Origin: Podarcis pityusensis
Taxonomy: Eukaryota
Strand: one strand, 5' to 3'
Assembly (NCBI GenBank): GCA_964106645.2
Contig: OZ067041.1
Length of the DNA stretch: 64,000 nt
Made by a program: the position numbers and the translations under genes. The notes below the pieces were generated by a model, which searched no databases, was not told the DNA's origin, and was given only the letters and a program-made list of their open reading frames with translations. This document shows, in pieces, positions 12,570 to 26,203 of the stretch (the first letter of the stretch is position 1; every line of letters starts with the position of its first letter).

Positions 12570-13484
12570 TCCTAGTTAGAAAGGGAGGAAGCAGCAAACC
12601 AAGGCAAATGAAAATGACCCTTTGGGTCCCTTCCAACTCTACAATTCTATGATGCTGTGGCTGTCTTACGCTGTCAATATGCTACAAATTTCCTATACAG
12701 GTTGCACAGTCTAGTAAAAAAACCGTTGTGGACTTGTACCTTTCGTGGGCATAGTTGCTGAATGTTGTTGCCCATGTTGAGATGTTAACATGGGCAAACA
12801 CTGAAGAAAGAGGATATCTTAATCATGCAAAGATATCTTAATAGTTTGTTCTCTCCTTTTGATATTATCTCGTGAATATTTCGAACAAAGAACACAAACC
12901 TTCTCAAAGTCTGTGTAATGAACTTGTTTCTAAATTCACAAAGACCTTCTGCTGTGAAAGCAATTGCCAAGATATACCTCTGCAGTGTTCACAGCAGATG
13001 GGAAAGAGTGGTTTCCTGGCCTAGCTAACCATCGGGAGGGACTCTGTGCCAAGACATAATTGTGCTGATTTGTGTACAGATTCCAAAACCTGTGTTTGAT
13101 ATGCAGACTGTGACGGCATGAAGGGTTAGAGTTTTGGCAGTGTTGGGAATGCTCCCAATACATATGGCAAACAATGCACTTACTGAAAAGAAGAATTGGT
13201 ATACGTGGCTGAGAATTTAAAGTCATACTTAATCCATCACCCTGCTCCTTATCTTCTAAACACTTGTGTATACTTTGCCATCTGTCTTTGTGTTTTAATC
13301 ACAGTTGCTATTGTGAATGGCTGTTTTCTCCGCCTCTGCATTGTTTAGCCAAGTAAATAAAATCATATGAAATTTAACTGTTTCCTATACCAGGGGTAGG
13401 CAGACTTCTGGCATCTCAGAGCTATTTTGGTTTTTTTCTAGATCCTAAGATCTACCAGCCAGTGCCAAGTGCAAAAGACATATA

Positions 13485-13893
13485 CAGTGGTACCTTGGTT
13501 CTCAAACGCCTTTGTACTCAAACGCCTTGGTTCCCAAATGCTGAAAACCCGGAAGTAAGTGTTCCAGTTTTTTAACGTTTTTCAGAAGCCAGTGTGGCTG
13601 TCAGCTATTGTTTCTGAGGTCCCTGCACCAGTCAGAAGCTGTGCCTTGGTTTACAAATATTTCAGAAGTTAAACGAACTTCCGGAATGGATTACGTTTGG
13701 TGCTTTTGTTTTTGCTATTTATTTTGCGTTTTTGTTTTTGAGGGTTTTTCGGTTACTTTGTTTTTGTGACTGCGTGGAACCCAGTTCACATACAGATTGA
13801 TTGATTGATTGATTGATTGTGTGACTGCGGAAATGGATAAAAGCCCCCCATCCAAACAATGACTATCATCATTAAGTTTGAGAACCAAAGTAC
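13485..13893. mobile_element. Tigger-like MITE related to family B, right TIR clipped
   Basis: TA|CAGTGGTACCTTGGTTCTCAAAC ... GTTTGAGAACCAAAGTAC; contains (GATT)n at ~13795-13819. Confidence 0.75.
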
Positions 13894-14251
13894 TTAGAGA
13901 TAAAAACAGGGTGCCTCTGAACATATAAATTTATTTTAAGTACAAGAACTGAACTGATCTCACTGTCATTTCCTTGGAAAGTTCACACCTCTAAGCTTTC
14001 TTCATTTCATCTGTTGCTGGTCATTCAGTGGTAGAGGAGAAAATTAGGATAAAAGTGGGTGTTCACAAACTTTGTCAATGCAATCTTCTCAGGTACAGCA
14101 ATCTTAAGTGGGGCTAGGGAAGGGTGGAGCAGCCTATCTATTACTGTATGCCCAGCTCTGCCAGCTTATGCCAGCCATGATGGAAAGGTGGAAGGTTTGT
14201 TTGTTTTGTTTTTCCCTTTGCATTTTTGCTACACCAGCTCTAAACTGGCAT

Positions 14252-14285
<34 letters not shown>
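14252..14285. repeat. (AAC)n microsatellite
   Basis: Seen directly. Confidence 0.95.
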
Positions 14286-14306
14286 TTGGGAATTGACCCA
14301 TTAGAT

Positions 14307-14561
14307 CAGGGGTCAGCAAACATTTTCAGCAGGGGGCCAGTCCACTGTCCCTCAGACCTTGTGGGGGGCCGGACTATATTTTTTTTGGGGGGGGGGGATG
14401 AATGAATTCCTATGCCCCACAAATAACCCAGAGATGCATTTTAAGTAAAAGGACACATTCTACTCATGTAAAAACATGCTGATTCCCAGACCATCCTCAG
14501 GCCGGATTTAGAAGGCGATTGGGCCGGATCCGGCCCCCGGGCCTTAGTTTGCCTACCCATG
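14307..14561. mobile_element. hAT non-autonomous MITE
   Basis: TIRs CAGGGGTCAGCAAAC / GTTTGCCTACCCATG; perfect 8-bp TSD CATTAGAT at 14299-14306 and 14562-14569. Confidence 0.92.
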
Positions 14562-16197
14562 CATTAGATTAAGTGTAATCAAGCAGCTGTTTGAGTTACG
14601 TTTATTGGAAAATACGAGGGGAACACAGGTCTGTAATTGTTTAATAGTCCTAAATATATGAAATATTTATGACATCTGGGTGGCTCATCAGAGTTTGAAC
14701 TGTGGTCAGGGCACTGGAGTAACTCAATTGCTTAGTAGATAAAGTCCAGGCACTTCATATATAGAAAACTTTGAAACTAAAAGAGCTATTGTGGTGGCAA
14801 ACAAAGCCTATGTATTTGTAGATCTAAAATTTCACAAAATAAAGAGTTATGTTTGTTTTTTGTTGTCAGACATTCCAGATATAACCACCACTTGAAAACA
14901 AAAATGTAAATTTATTCTTATCCATCATCCCTACTCAAAATAGTCATGTTCCTCTGATCCTGTTGTTCATTTGTTAATTAGAAGGGTTTATTTGAGGGAA
15001 AGGATTCATTTCCCCCCTGTTATTTATATATTTGGTTGTTTTAACAACAATGATATGTTTTGTAAAGTCAGTTAGAACTAGGGTTAAGGAAAATTGTTTT
15101 GCAATAACAAGAAATAGTCTTGAGTACTTTTTGTCATTTTTATTCAGTCAGACCAAATTGACAGATTCTTGGTGCAGATGGTTAAAATTAACACAGTAGA
15201 CCTCTTTTGATTTTTAATAAGGACATCTTGACAGAAGACTTTGAATTGAATGGTACAAGGGGTGGCAGCAATTGCATTAAATTTGCATTTTCTCCTGTCC
15301 AAGCTGCTAGACTTAAAGAAACAAAAGCACTCAAACCGTTGTGGTATAATCTTTTTAGAAACAATCCTAACGGCAGAAATCCAATTAATGAGCAGTCGCA
15401 AAATTTTGGTTATCGGCAGATTAAAAACAACCCCCTTAGATCACATTTGAATTGAGCAATACATCTTTCCCCTCTTCCAATTTCTGAGGCTTATTGTCCA
15501 CTTGGGACTGATGTCACACATTTATATGGAAATTGTGTTCCTATTTATGACACATGGAATTTATGCAGCTAGGGTTTACTGCATATAGCAGGACTATAAA
15601 TAAATTCTCTGCGTGAGATAACATTAAAGCAGGGGGGAAAACATTTCTAACAAAATGTTAATTGAAATATATGGGTTTTGACTGATTACCTACGGAAAAC
15701 ATTGATGATCATTTTTATTGTTTATAATTTTAAACTGAGGAATAGAATTCTTCTAAATGCTGCCTTACAATATGCCACTTAACACAGCAAAGAGTTTGAC
15801 TGGCAGGCTCAGCTGGCAGCTGTGACCTATCCGGAATAGCTATATGTCTGCCTATTAATCTTTCTGGAAACTCTACTTTGCTTAGTCTCTACATTTAAGC
15901 CTAATTAAGGCTCTCAACTTCCCACTTGGTCTATCTGAAATTCTAGTCATTTTATTAGACCTACATTTTCAGAATTTCAATACGCAAACTTCAAGCAATA
16001 AATTAGAGCGCACTAATACATTGCATTTTTTACACTAACAACAATAGCTTTTGCTGCATATTTTGAAGGAAAACAGGGAAGGGAAATGACAGAGGAGTCA
16101 ATAATGTATCATCTTTTGTTGTTAGGTTATAATCACCATTAATTGCATCCCACCTTTCATCCAAGGGAGCATGCATAGTTCTTCCCTTCTTGGTTTC

Positions 16198-16461
16198 TGT
16201 TATGTACTGAAGTTCTCACCCTGGGTCAGCAGGGGGATACTGTAGATAGTTTTCACTCAGGTCCACATATGCAAATAAGGGATCGAAAATGATGTTCAGT
16301 GATTGGATAGTTACAGAAAATGGTTACTGTTGCGTTCTAGTGGAGCTCTATATAAGCAGGCTGGCTGAACCCTTCAGTTCAGTTCTCTTCTGGCCTGTGA
16401 ATAAACAAGAGCTGTTTGAAGAATCGCTGTGTCATCTGATATGTTCACCCACAACTTAACA
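16198..16461 (+). mobile_element. Solo LTR (Gypsy/ERV-type), 264 bp
   Basis: TGTTA...TAACA termini; near-TSD GTTTC/GTTTA; internal ATGCAAAT, ATTGG, TATATAA and AATAAA in U3-R order; sits in a MIR-like remnant. Confidence 0.75.
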
Positions 16462-17307
16462 GTTTATCCTCACACCAACCTGTGAGGTAGGTTAGGATAA
16501 GAGACCGTGACTGGCTGAAGCTCCTCTTGTAGGTTTTATGGATAAATGAATTGTAAACTGACACAGTAGCCTCTATACCAAATTGGCCAAGGCCATACCT
16601 GGTTTTTGCAATTTGGCTTCTTTGTTGTTGCTGTTTGGTAATGAAAGAGCAGTGGTGTTACTAATCTGCCCTGTATCTTAGGAAGCAGCGCACCTCCAGA
16701 CTGTCTGTATTCTGTGGGAGGGGTTCAAGCACATACCAAGAAATTAAGGTTTGTTCAATTAAAGTGGATTAAAGCAGCCTGTTGCCCTAGTGCAACAAAT
16801 CCACTTGAACAAAGAAAGTGGCTTTTTGCATCATTAGGAAGATGATGGCGAAAACGCAGTGCAAACTCTGGAATGAATAAATTATTAACAGGAAGATGTC
16901 TAAAACCCCACAAACAAACTGGGGTAAATGCAGAACCAGCGCTTATTGCCCTGTAATCTCCCCACAAACAAACCAGAATATAATCTGGGTTCAGTGTAAG
17001 ATTTGTGTAAGCAAATTAGGATGAATGTTCAATAAATAGGTTGTTTGGAGAAGCAATGAAACAAGAATTATCACTCTTGGTGACTACACTCATCTTATGG
17101 CACCTCAAAATCTTCCAAACCACATTGATCAGAGACAGCAGTGGATTCAAGTGCCTTGGATAGCAATAATTTCAATTCCGCACCTTCTGAAAAAAGTACT
17201 TCTTTTTGGTTGCTTTTGTATTCATCTTGTATTTGTCATCATATCCTAAAAGTAGAAAGTATGTACATGAGAAGTCCTGATGAGTGGTGTTCTCCTAGTA
17301 ACTATCT

Positions 17308-17380
17308 AGTTGTTGTTGTTGTTGTATTGTTTAGTTGATTCTGACTTTTCGTGACCCCATGGACCAAAGCATGCCAGGCA
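17308..17380 (-). mobile_element. BovB extreme 3' stub
   Basis: (GTT)n followed by GTGACCCCATGGACCAAAGCATGCCAGGCA, matching the BovB copies at 5064 and 47149. Confidence 0.8.
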
Positions 17381-18767
17381 GAGGGCATCAAAAGTGCGTA
17401 TTATTTTTGCAGATGGCCACAATGTTCTGTCTATCCCCACTACACCCTAGTACTGTGCCTTCCTCTTCAGTGATTTTTAACAGGTGAATTTGACAAGGAA
17501 GTAAAGATGGCTTTCCATAAAATTCATGTAGCACCTTGCCATTGCGTTGTGCTTTTACCTCAGGAATTTGCCATTCTGCTTAGCTACACAGCTCCAAACA
17601 CACAAATAAAAGAAATGATCTTTATGTTTCAGGACCAAGGAACAGAGCAGTGGATCAAGTGTACTTGAATAGGAAGAACTGGGTTCAAATTTCTATTTGG
17701 TCGCAATGGACCAGATGGCAAAAAAAAATACATAGGAACTTTTAAAATTGCAAAAGAAATAATTTTTGGGACAGCATTCAGATTGGCAGAAGTTGGGGGA
17801 TGGGGCATACTAAAAGTTGCAGCAGCCAGCTCAATACATCTCCCGTACTCAAGCTGATCTTACTGGAGGACAAACAAGAGCAACCACTCAGGGGACCACA
17901 TGCCACTCTCCTGTAGAATCTTCAGAGGTCCATGTAGCTGCTGAGACTTTTCTTCAGGCTTTGAGAATGGAAAGAACCATGTTCCATCCCAATAGGAAGT
18001 GACCCATTAATTGTGCAAGACACTCTGAAGATGGTATGGAAGGGCTACTGTTACTGTTACTTTTTAGTATGAGACTTCAGTGAGGAGAAACCTATAGAGT
18101 TTTTAAAGAACAATGGTGCATAAATCTTCATTACAGCTTTTCATCACTATCTGAATACGTGGTAGGTGTTCAGAGCAGAGTTTGATTTCTGCAATTGTAG
18201 CATTCCACAATTTATTCAGAGAAACTTTGCCCTTATTTTTCATTAGCGTGTTGTCTGAGTTCCTGTCGGAGGCTGTTAAGCTAATTTAAGATTACTGTAT
18301 GGAAGAGCAAAATGATGAAAAGGTCAGTGGGATTAGAGTACTATGTTCCAATACCGTAGCAGCAGATAAATTTCTATATGCAAAATTCTGCAAGGGTCGG
18401 CTTTCAAAATGTCTTAAGAAAATAGGGCAACAAATTGGATTGACAAGAACAACATGCTGGATGCAACAGATTGCATTTTAGACAGCTTGTTGAATAAAGC
18501 TAACCCTTTTAATAGTTGAGTCTCTAAGGAAACTTGGCAAATCATAGGCTGCCATTGAAAATTATTTTTAGTGCTGATGTAAAAGCATTCTCACTTCTTT
18601 GAACCATTCTATCCTCTTCAGTCTTTTACAAAACCAGTAGAGTAGCTTAACTATAGATAGTGAATAACTAAGTAAGCTGCAGTGATGTATTTTTCATTGA
18701 CAAGGAAAATGATGACTTCGTTGAGGTTGTACACACTTTGGAATGAGTCCCATTGAGCTCGGTGTGG

Positions 18768-18816
18768 TTTACTTCTGAATAAGATTGCACTTTACTTCTG
18801 AATAAGATTGCACTTT
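18768..18816. repeat. 23-bp tandem duplication
   Basis: TTTACTTCTGAATAAGATTGCAC present twice, exact. Confidence 0.9.
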
Positions 18817-19229
18817 GAGTCATCTTCATTATATCAGCTGAATTCAGGGATGAGCCATTAGTTCTACCCAGCATAATTTCATGCCCAAAGTCACAGAAGA
18901 AAGGGGAAAGGGGTTAGTGAATGAAGTGATGATAAGAGATGGGGAGAGGAATCCTTCTGCAGGCAGGGCCAGCCCATGCCATTTTGCCAGCCAAACCCCA
19001 CTACTGACATTGTGCCCCATATGCTGCTACCATGCCACTCTATACAGCCCCCTCAGTGCAAAGCCACTCACCATTATTTTACATGGTATGTTCCATAAAT
19101 TATTGCTGATTGCATAGAAGTAAATAAAATAGAAATACTTTTTTTAACCTATTTAAATTAATGGAAAGACCAACCTAAGCCCCTGGTCACCAGCAGCAGG
19201 AATTAATAGAGTGGCCTAGCCACTACCAC

Positions 19230-19507
19230 GCTCACTGGAAGGACAGATCGTGAAGCTGAGGCTCCAATACTTTGGCCACCTCATGAGAAGAGAAGACTCC
19301 GTGGAAAAGACCCTGATGTTGGGAAAGATTGGGGCCACAAGGAGAAGGGGATGACAGAGGACGAGATGGTTGGACAATGTTCTTGAAGCTACCAGCATGA
19401 GTTTGACCAAACTGTGGGAGGCAGTGGAAGACAGGAGTACCTGGCGTGCTCTGGTCCATGGGGTCATGAATAGTCGCACACGACTAAACGACTAAACAAC
19501 AACAAAA
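19230..19507 (+). mobile_element. BovB 3' fragment
   Basis: Same sequence as the other BovB copies, (CAA)n tail, 12-bp TSD AGCCACTACCAC at 19218-19229 and 19508-19519. Confidence 0.93.
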
Positions 19508-20182
19508 AGCCACTACCACATCCATGCCTTCTCTGCTTGCACCAGTCAGGAGAGAAGGTCAGGGGCAGGAAAATACTTACCTTATCCTATGCCAGTTCCC
19601 AGGTTGCAGGGATGGTTTAGGATCTGGTTACCCCTTCCTGGCACAGCTCTGCCACCTCCCTGCTTGAACATTTGCTGATGCATTTATAGGATGAAAAAGA
19701 AAACAAAAGCTGTGTTGCAGATTCAATAGACCAGGATCTTAGTCTCGTATTTTGATAACGGCAATTCTGCATTGCTGTGATATCAGGCCTGAGACATTAA
19801 ATCCTCATAACACTCAAACTTTTATGGGAAATGTTTGTTTACAGTAAGAAGCAATAAACATTTGCTTTTCTCTCTAAGGAAAGAATGACAAATGGGATGG
19901 GAACAAAGGAGGCACTAGTGACTACAGGCAACAGTCGTGCTAGTAATCAAGATTTGTTTGGTACAAAATGTATTGAAAGTCATATAATCTACTAAGCAGA
20001 TCTAAAAGAAAGCAAGAAAGCCGTTGCTCAAACAGGATGATTATTAAGACAGATGGAGAAGCAAAGATCCTTAATTCCTTTGTAGTCAGGCACAATGAAA
20101 ACTTTAAACGTCTGCAGTAAAAACAAAATGTATCACCAGTCAATTGATGTTCTGCCTTCAATATATAAATAAAAATAAATTT

Positions 20183-20352
20183 TAAAAATTGTCCAGTAGC
20201 ACCTTAGAAACCAACTAAGTTTGTTCTGGGTATCAGCTTTCGTTTGCATGTACACTTGTTCAGATACACTGAAACAGAAGTCAACAGACCCTTATATATA
20301 GTGGGAGGGTGGGGTGGGGTTTTTCTCAGAAGGGTAGTAGGAGATGGGTGAT
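20183..20352 (-). mobile_element. Penelope-like element pseudo-LTR fragment
   Basis: TTGTCCAGTAGCACCTTAGAAACCAACTAAG...CAGATACACTGAAACAGAAG resembles the squamate Penelope terminus and contains a hammerhead-like core. Confidence 0.7.
20230..20267 (-). ncRNA. Degenerate minimal type I hammerhead ribozyme
   Basis: Minus strand GTAT-CTGAACA-AGTGTACATGCAAAC-GAAA-GCTG-ATAC: stem I GTAT/ATAC, CUGANGA box mutated, GAAA box intact. Confidence 0.6.
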
Positions 20353-20468
20353 ATGACACAGTTGAAACAATAAGATATGAATGGCTTCATTAAAAATAAC
20401 AGGGGATGAAAACAAGCTGCATTGTAACCAAGGTTTATTAAGCTTGTGATAGACTGGGTCAGACATAT

Positions 20469-20812
20469 AGGTAAAGGGACCCCTGACCATTAGGTCCAGT
20501 CGTGACCGACTCTGGTGTTGCGGCGCTCATCTCGCTTTATTGGCTGAGGGAGCCGGCGTACAGCTTCCGGGTCATGTGGCCAGCATGACTAAGCTGCTTC
20601 TGGCAAACCAGAGCAGTGCACGGAAACACCGTTCACCTTCCCACCGGAGCGGTACCTATTTATCTACTTGCACTTTCAAACTGCTAGGTTGGCAGGAGCA
20701 GGGACCGAACAACGGGAGCGCACCCCATCGCGGGGATTCGAACCGCCGACCTTCTGATCTGATTGGCAAATCCTAGGCTCTGTGGTTTAACCCACAGCGC
20801 CACCCGCGTCCC
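20469..20812 (-). mobile_element. Sauria SINE
   Basis: Consensus match; TSD CAGACATATAG at 20460-20470 and 20818-20828. Confidence 0.92.
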
Positions 20813-22974
20813 AGGGACAGACATATAGTAAAAATAAAAAGAATAGGGACTGTTGACTTGGTGTGGGTTTTTTTTATAACCAAGTGATTGTGGTCTCGTT
20901 TAAGTGTCCTCTCACACAGTGAAGGGCAGAGTGAGATGTTCCAGCCTTCCATTATGTATGTCCCCACTGCCCTCCAAGTGTTAGAAGGTGAATATCTCTA
21001 GTGGGGAGCCCACTTTACTCAGGGGTCCCTATGTGATTTAGAATTGTAAATGACCAGGACTGGGCACAGAGATTTGCTGGAGGGAGCAGGGCCAGGAAGC
21101 ATGTGCCTGTCTTCCTTTACACAGTTTTAAGAACTCTGCCAATATCTATGTTGCAGCAAATATCAATAAACTCATTATTGGAAGGGAACCAGTTTTTGTA
21201 CCAGTCCCTAAAAAATGTGATAACTGAAGGTTTTCCTTTAAGCACTGGACTCCCAAAATATGAATGAAACGTGAGCAACAATTTATGCAGATTTTTGAAG
21301 AGTGAAAAAAATAGTAACTGTTAATGAAGCACGGATTCCCAAACTGTGGTCTTCATTCAGGTAGACCATGAATCTGTGAGTAGCGACTGTGAATGGTGGG
21401 CAAAGCATATAAAATGCATGCAGGTCTCACTTTCTGAACCCTTGTTTTGCGGAAATTCATTGATCTGAACACAAGGAATTAGCATCCAAACATCGCTATA
21501 CAAACCACAGATTCAAGCATCCAAACAGCTGGAGTTTCCCCACTTCCTTCTTTATGTTTGCTGGCCTTCTGCAGCCATTTTCGGGCAGAAACCATGCAGG
21601 GGGGAAGGGCGAGAGATTGGACAAACAACAGATTAGAAATGCTCCCATTGAAAATAATGGAAATTGTCAGCTCGTTATGCAAATGCTCACCTAGCAAGTA
21701 ATTTCCTGGGATCGCATTGTGCTTTGAAAGTGGGATATCCATGTATTCGTATTGTTTTAATTGTGTTTCAAGTGGTCCATGAGAGGAAAAGCTTGGAAAC
21801 CACTGGAATACAGCTATAATCTCCCCTTTATTATCTGTATTCTCCTGCTCTGTTTAGCAGCTAATTGTCTAAAGGTTTAAAGTTACTGATTTTAACTCCA
21901 TTTAAATGAAAAGTTCTAGCCACAGTCACACAGGCAATATCCTGGTCTACTTTGCCCAGCATGGCTTGCTCTGAAGGACCCCCCCGCCCCCATCTTTCCT
22001 CAGGGTGAGGTGGGGAACCCAAAGCATTGCCAGCGTATCTGCCACATGAGCAACAACAAAGCAGTTAACAGAAGTAGTGGCAGGAAGGAGGAAGGCAGGC
22101 GATGACACTGAAGAGTCATATCCGACCTGCATGACTGGTGGGCGAGGGTTGGCTTGTTGGCTCTGCAGACTAGTGAGCAAAGCGGGGGCGGGGGTGGGGA
22201 CTGGAGGCACATATTTGACACTACCCATGCAAACCACCTGAGGGAAATGCCTCATTTTGCCTAGGACTCCTAAAGGGTAATTAGAGTATTTTGTCCCTCG
22301 TGTCATTCTTCCAGGTAAACAGCTAGCTGTTCAGTAGTCAAACTCACTCTTCCTTGAGACCTATTTTATCTTCCTTGAGAACTTTGCAAGTCTTAACCCA
22401 ATACTTTTTGTTCTAGAACTCTTACCTCCTGCTGCCCCAGTCCATGTGCCTTGCTAAGCTGTTGAGAGAACTTGATATTTTGAATCTCATTGAATGTGCC
22501 TTGTTTGAATTGCCACCACTTGGAATACCACTGGTGTGGACCAGCCGTAGATCCCCCACATTTCTTGTTTAGTGGGCATCAAACTTCATTTGTTCACTTT
22601 TTTTTTGGCCTAGATAACACTTAACTTGCTGTGTGCAAGGGAGAAATAGGATTTCCCTTAGCCTGCTATAAAAAGAATTTCTTAATTAGTAGGTCTTGGT
22701 GTGCTGATGTTTGAACACATGCAAATCTGTTGGGACAGAAGAGAGGAATCTTCTGATGGAAATAACTTTCACATATATTTTCATCTTGTATTCCTTTGTG
22801 TATTCACTGTGATTTGAAATACTGAAGAAGAAAAACGCTAAGAAAGGGAAGGTATAACAGTTCTGCTTTATCTTCCAGGTTCCATCTGTATGCAAATTAA
22901 CTCCCTCACTCATGCCCACCATATTTTTAAAACACACGTCTTGCTCGTGATAACCTTTCTCAGAATGTGTATTA

Positions 22975-23197
22975 CAGTGGTACCTTGGGTTACATACGCT
23001 TCAGGTTACAGACTCCACTAACCCAGAAATAGAGCTTCAGGTTAAGAATTTTGCTTCAGGATGAGAAGAGAAATCGTGCTCTGGCGGCGCGGCAGCAGGA
23101 GGCCCCATTAGCTAAAGTGGTGCTTCAGGTTAAGAACAGTTTCAGGTTAAGTACGGACCTCCGGTACGAATTAAGTACTTAACCCGAGGTACCACTG
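22975..23197. mobile_element. Tigger-like MITE, family A
   Basis: TA|CAGTGGTACCTTGGGTTA ... TAACCCGAGGTACCACTG|TA; internal TTCAGGTTA repeats. Confidence 0.92.
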
Positions 23198-23311
23198 TAT
23201 TTAAAATATTTTTAAGTCTAGAAGTAGAAAACTTTCATATACAACTCTTGGCATGACTTGGGGCTCAAAGAAGCTCTGATTGCTGCTGCCAGGGTCTTGA
23301 GTTGTGGGTGA

Positions 23312-23978
23312 GCAGTGTTTGTTGATGATACCAAATTGCTCAGGGTGGTGAAACAGAAAAGGGATTGTGAGAAGCTCCTAATGCACCTCTCCAAATTGGG
23401 TGAACCAGCCCTAAAATAGCAAATGCAAGCAAGTGTAAAGTGGGGCAAAAAATAATAATCTAAACTTCACTTATACATTTATGGCATGTGAACTAGCAGC
23501 GATTACCATGTGGTGATAGTGGATAACTCAATGAAAATGTCAACACAGTTTGTGGCAGTTGTGAAAAAGGCAAGTTTCACTCTATGAATCATTAGGAAAG
23601 GGATTGGAAATAAACCTACCACTATCGTAATGCTGTTATACAAATATTTGTTGTGACCACATTTGATGTACTGTGTACAATTCTGGCCACCATACATGGA
23701 AAAGGAAATTATAGAGTTGGAAAGGGTTCAGAAAAAGGAAACCCTCAAATCATCAAAAGGCTGCAGCAACTCACCTATGAGAAAAGGTTACAACATTTGG
23801 GGAATTTTAGTTTACAAAAAAAGATGTCCAAGGGGAAACAAGATAGCAGTGTGGAATATTATTCATGGATAAACTAGATAGCGATTGTTCGTAGGCTTCA
23901 CAGTAGCTCGTGGCTACTGTGAAAACAGGATGCTGGAGTAGATGGTCTGATCTAGCAGAGATCTTCTTATGTTCTTAG
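23312..23978 (+). mobile_element. Old CR1 LINE 3' fragment
   Basis: FVDDTKL (YADD-type motif), YCVQFWPP, LERVQK; CR1-type tail TTCTTATGTTCTTA at ~23965. Confidence 0.8.
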
Positions 23979-24009
23979 TGATGTTGCCGTTGTTTAAAAG
24001 CTAGGGTGT

Positions 24010-24410
24010 GCCCAGAGGAGGACAACAACAATTTCCAGGTGCAGACCTTGCTAATCGAGTCAAATGAAGAAAGGTTGAAGGAACTGTATATGATTAAGAT
24101 CATATCACCAATGGGCATCTTCAGATGAAGGTTTGTCACATAGATGGCAGAGCTTTTTGTTTGTTTGTTTTTTGCAGCTCCAAAGGGTAGGACTAATGGA
24201 TTCGAATTACAGGAAATGGATTTGCACCAAACATTAGGAAGAACTTATTGACAATGAAAGCCATTCAACAGCAGAACAGACCCTTCTTAGAAGGCCTCCC
24301 GTTCCTTAGAGGTTTTAAGTAGAGGTTGGATGGCAAGAATGCATTTTCTGCACTGAACTGACAGTGGAGTTGGAATAGATGACCTTAGAGATCCCACTCT
24401 GTGATTCTAA
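24010..24410 (+). mobile_element. CR1 3' fragment
   Basis: ACATTAGGAAGAACTT..., CCTTAGAGGTTTTAAGTAGAGGTTGGATGG, tail CTCTGTGATTCT. Confidence 0.75.
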
Positions 24411-24430
24411 ACAACCCATCTTTGGGATTA

Positions 24431-24757
24431 AGTAAAGGTAAAGGGACCCCTGACCATTAGGTCCAGTCGTGACCCACTCTGGGGTTGCAGCACTCATCTC
24501 GCTTTACTGGCTGAGGGAGCTGGTGTACAGCTTCTGGGTCATGTGGCCAGCATGACTAAGCCACTTCTGGCGAACCAGAGCAGCGCATGAAAACGCCGTT
24601 TACCTTCCCACCAGAGCGGTACCTATTTATCTACTTGCACTTGACGTGCTTTCGAACTGCTAGGTTGGCAGGAGCAGGGACCGAGCAACGGGGATTCGAA
24701 CCACCGACCTTCTGATCAGCAAGCCCTAGGCTCTGTGGTTTAGACCACAGTGCCACC
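24431..24757 (-). mobile_element. Sauria SINE with small internal deletion
   Basis: Consensus match; lacks the GAGCTCACCCCGTCGC segment that lies between CGGG repeats in other copies. Confidence 0.9.
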
Positions 24758-25654
24758 TTTTTTTCTTTTGATAAACTTAACATTTTCATTCAACACCCAA
24801 CACACTGCCAATGAAGTAAGGGGAAGAGGTTTGCAGTAGCAGCTCTTGCGCTAAGTGACTTGCAGGCCAAACTAGACATGACAACAGAGATGCTTGAATG
24901 ATCTTTAAAAATTTACAAATAGCTGCTGCAGGTATCCCCATTCTAGATTAGAGTGCTATTCAGGCAGTTAACTCTGTTCCCACCTGAACTGCTGGAAATG
25001 CCTGTTCTCCATCCCCAACTGCTTGGTTGAACTCTTATATTTCCACCTGGGTAGAAGCAGGCTTGTGGCAAATTGTCCCCTGCATTGTTTGCCACCCACT
25101 ACTTCGCAACTTCAATTTTGGTATGACAGCCCGTGTTTTCTAAATATGGGTTAAGCCATGCTGTGCAAAATTGCCCACTTCTGCAGGGTTAAAGAGTTGG
25201 CCAATATACATCTTTTTCTTTCCAGATATCAAACTCAGGATATTAACAGCTTAATAGGACTCACTTAGCTTCATTAAATCCAATTACCATTTGTATACTT
25301 ATCCATCAAACTTTATATCTTCCATTTTCTCAGTCTCCTGTTGGTGTTTTTAGTTTGCACAGTTTTATTTCCTCAAGCAGACATCAATTTAATTTATTTT
25401 TACTTTTCCTATCTTCATTGCTAAGACTGAAATTGTGAACCTATGAAATTAGAAGCCTGTAGCTTGGTACAGTAGAATGAATAATGTTTTTGTGAAATCT
25501 CACAGGTTCTGTATAACAAGTTGATGGTAGATATTAGAAACGGTGGATATTTGTTTGTGTGATATAGCAATAATAAGAAAATTCACGGACCTGAGTATTT
25601 GCATTTTCAGTCCTCTAAACAAATACACCAAAATATAGGATGGTCATTAGAAAA

Positions 25655-26203
25655 AAACTAATGCTATTCTAAGATGCATCAACAGAGGTATAGTGTCCAG
25701 ATCAAGGGAAGTAATAGTACCACTCTATTCTGCCTTAGTCAGACCACACTTGGAATACTGTGTCCAAGGCTGGGCACCACGATTTAAGAAGGATGTTGAC
25801 AAGCTGGAACATGTGCAGAAGAGAGCAACCAAGATGAGCAAGGTTGTGGAAGCAGCCTTATGAGAAGTGCTTGAAGGAGCTGGGTATGTTTAGCCTGGAA
25901 AAGAGACTGAGAGGAGATATGATAGTCATCTTCAGATATCTTAAGGGCTGTCACATGGAGGAGGGAACATGTTTGTTTTCTCCTGCTCTGGAGGGTAGGA
26001 CTCGAACCAATGGCTTTAAGTTACAAGAAAGGAGATTCTGACTAAACATTTGGAAAAACTTCTTGACAGTAAGAGCTGTTCAGCAGTGGAACAGACTCCC
26101 AAGAGGTGGTGGACTCTCCTTCCTTGGAGGTTTTTAAACAGAATTTGGATGGTCATCTGTCATGGATTCTGGGATTCTTGCACTGCAGGGGATTCTATGA
26201 TTC
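25655..26203 (+). mobile_element. CR1 LINE 3' fragment
   Basis: [45 protein letters not shown]; tail GATTCTATGATTCT. Confidence 0.9.

Noticed and set aside
24010-24757. CR1 adjacent to a SINE as a second chimera
   Set aside because: Opposite orientations, spacer DNA between them and no shared TSD.
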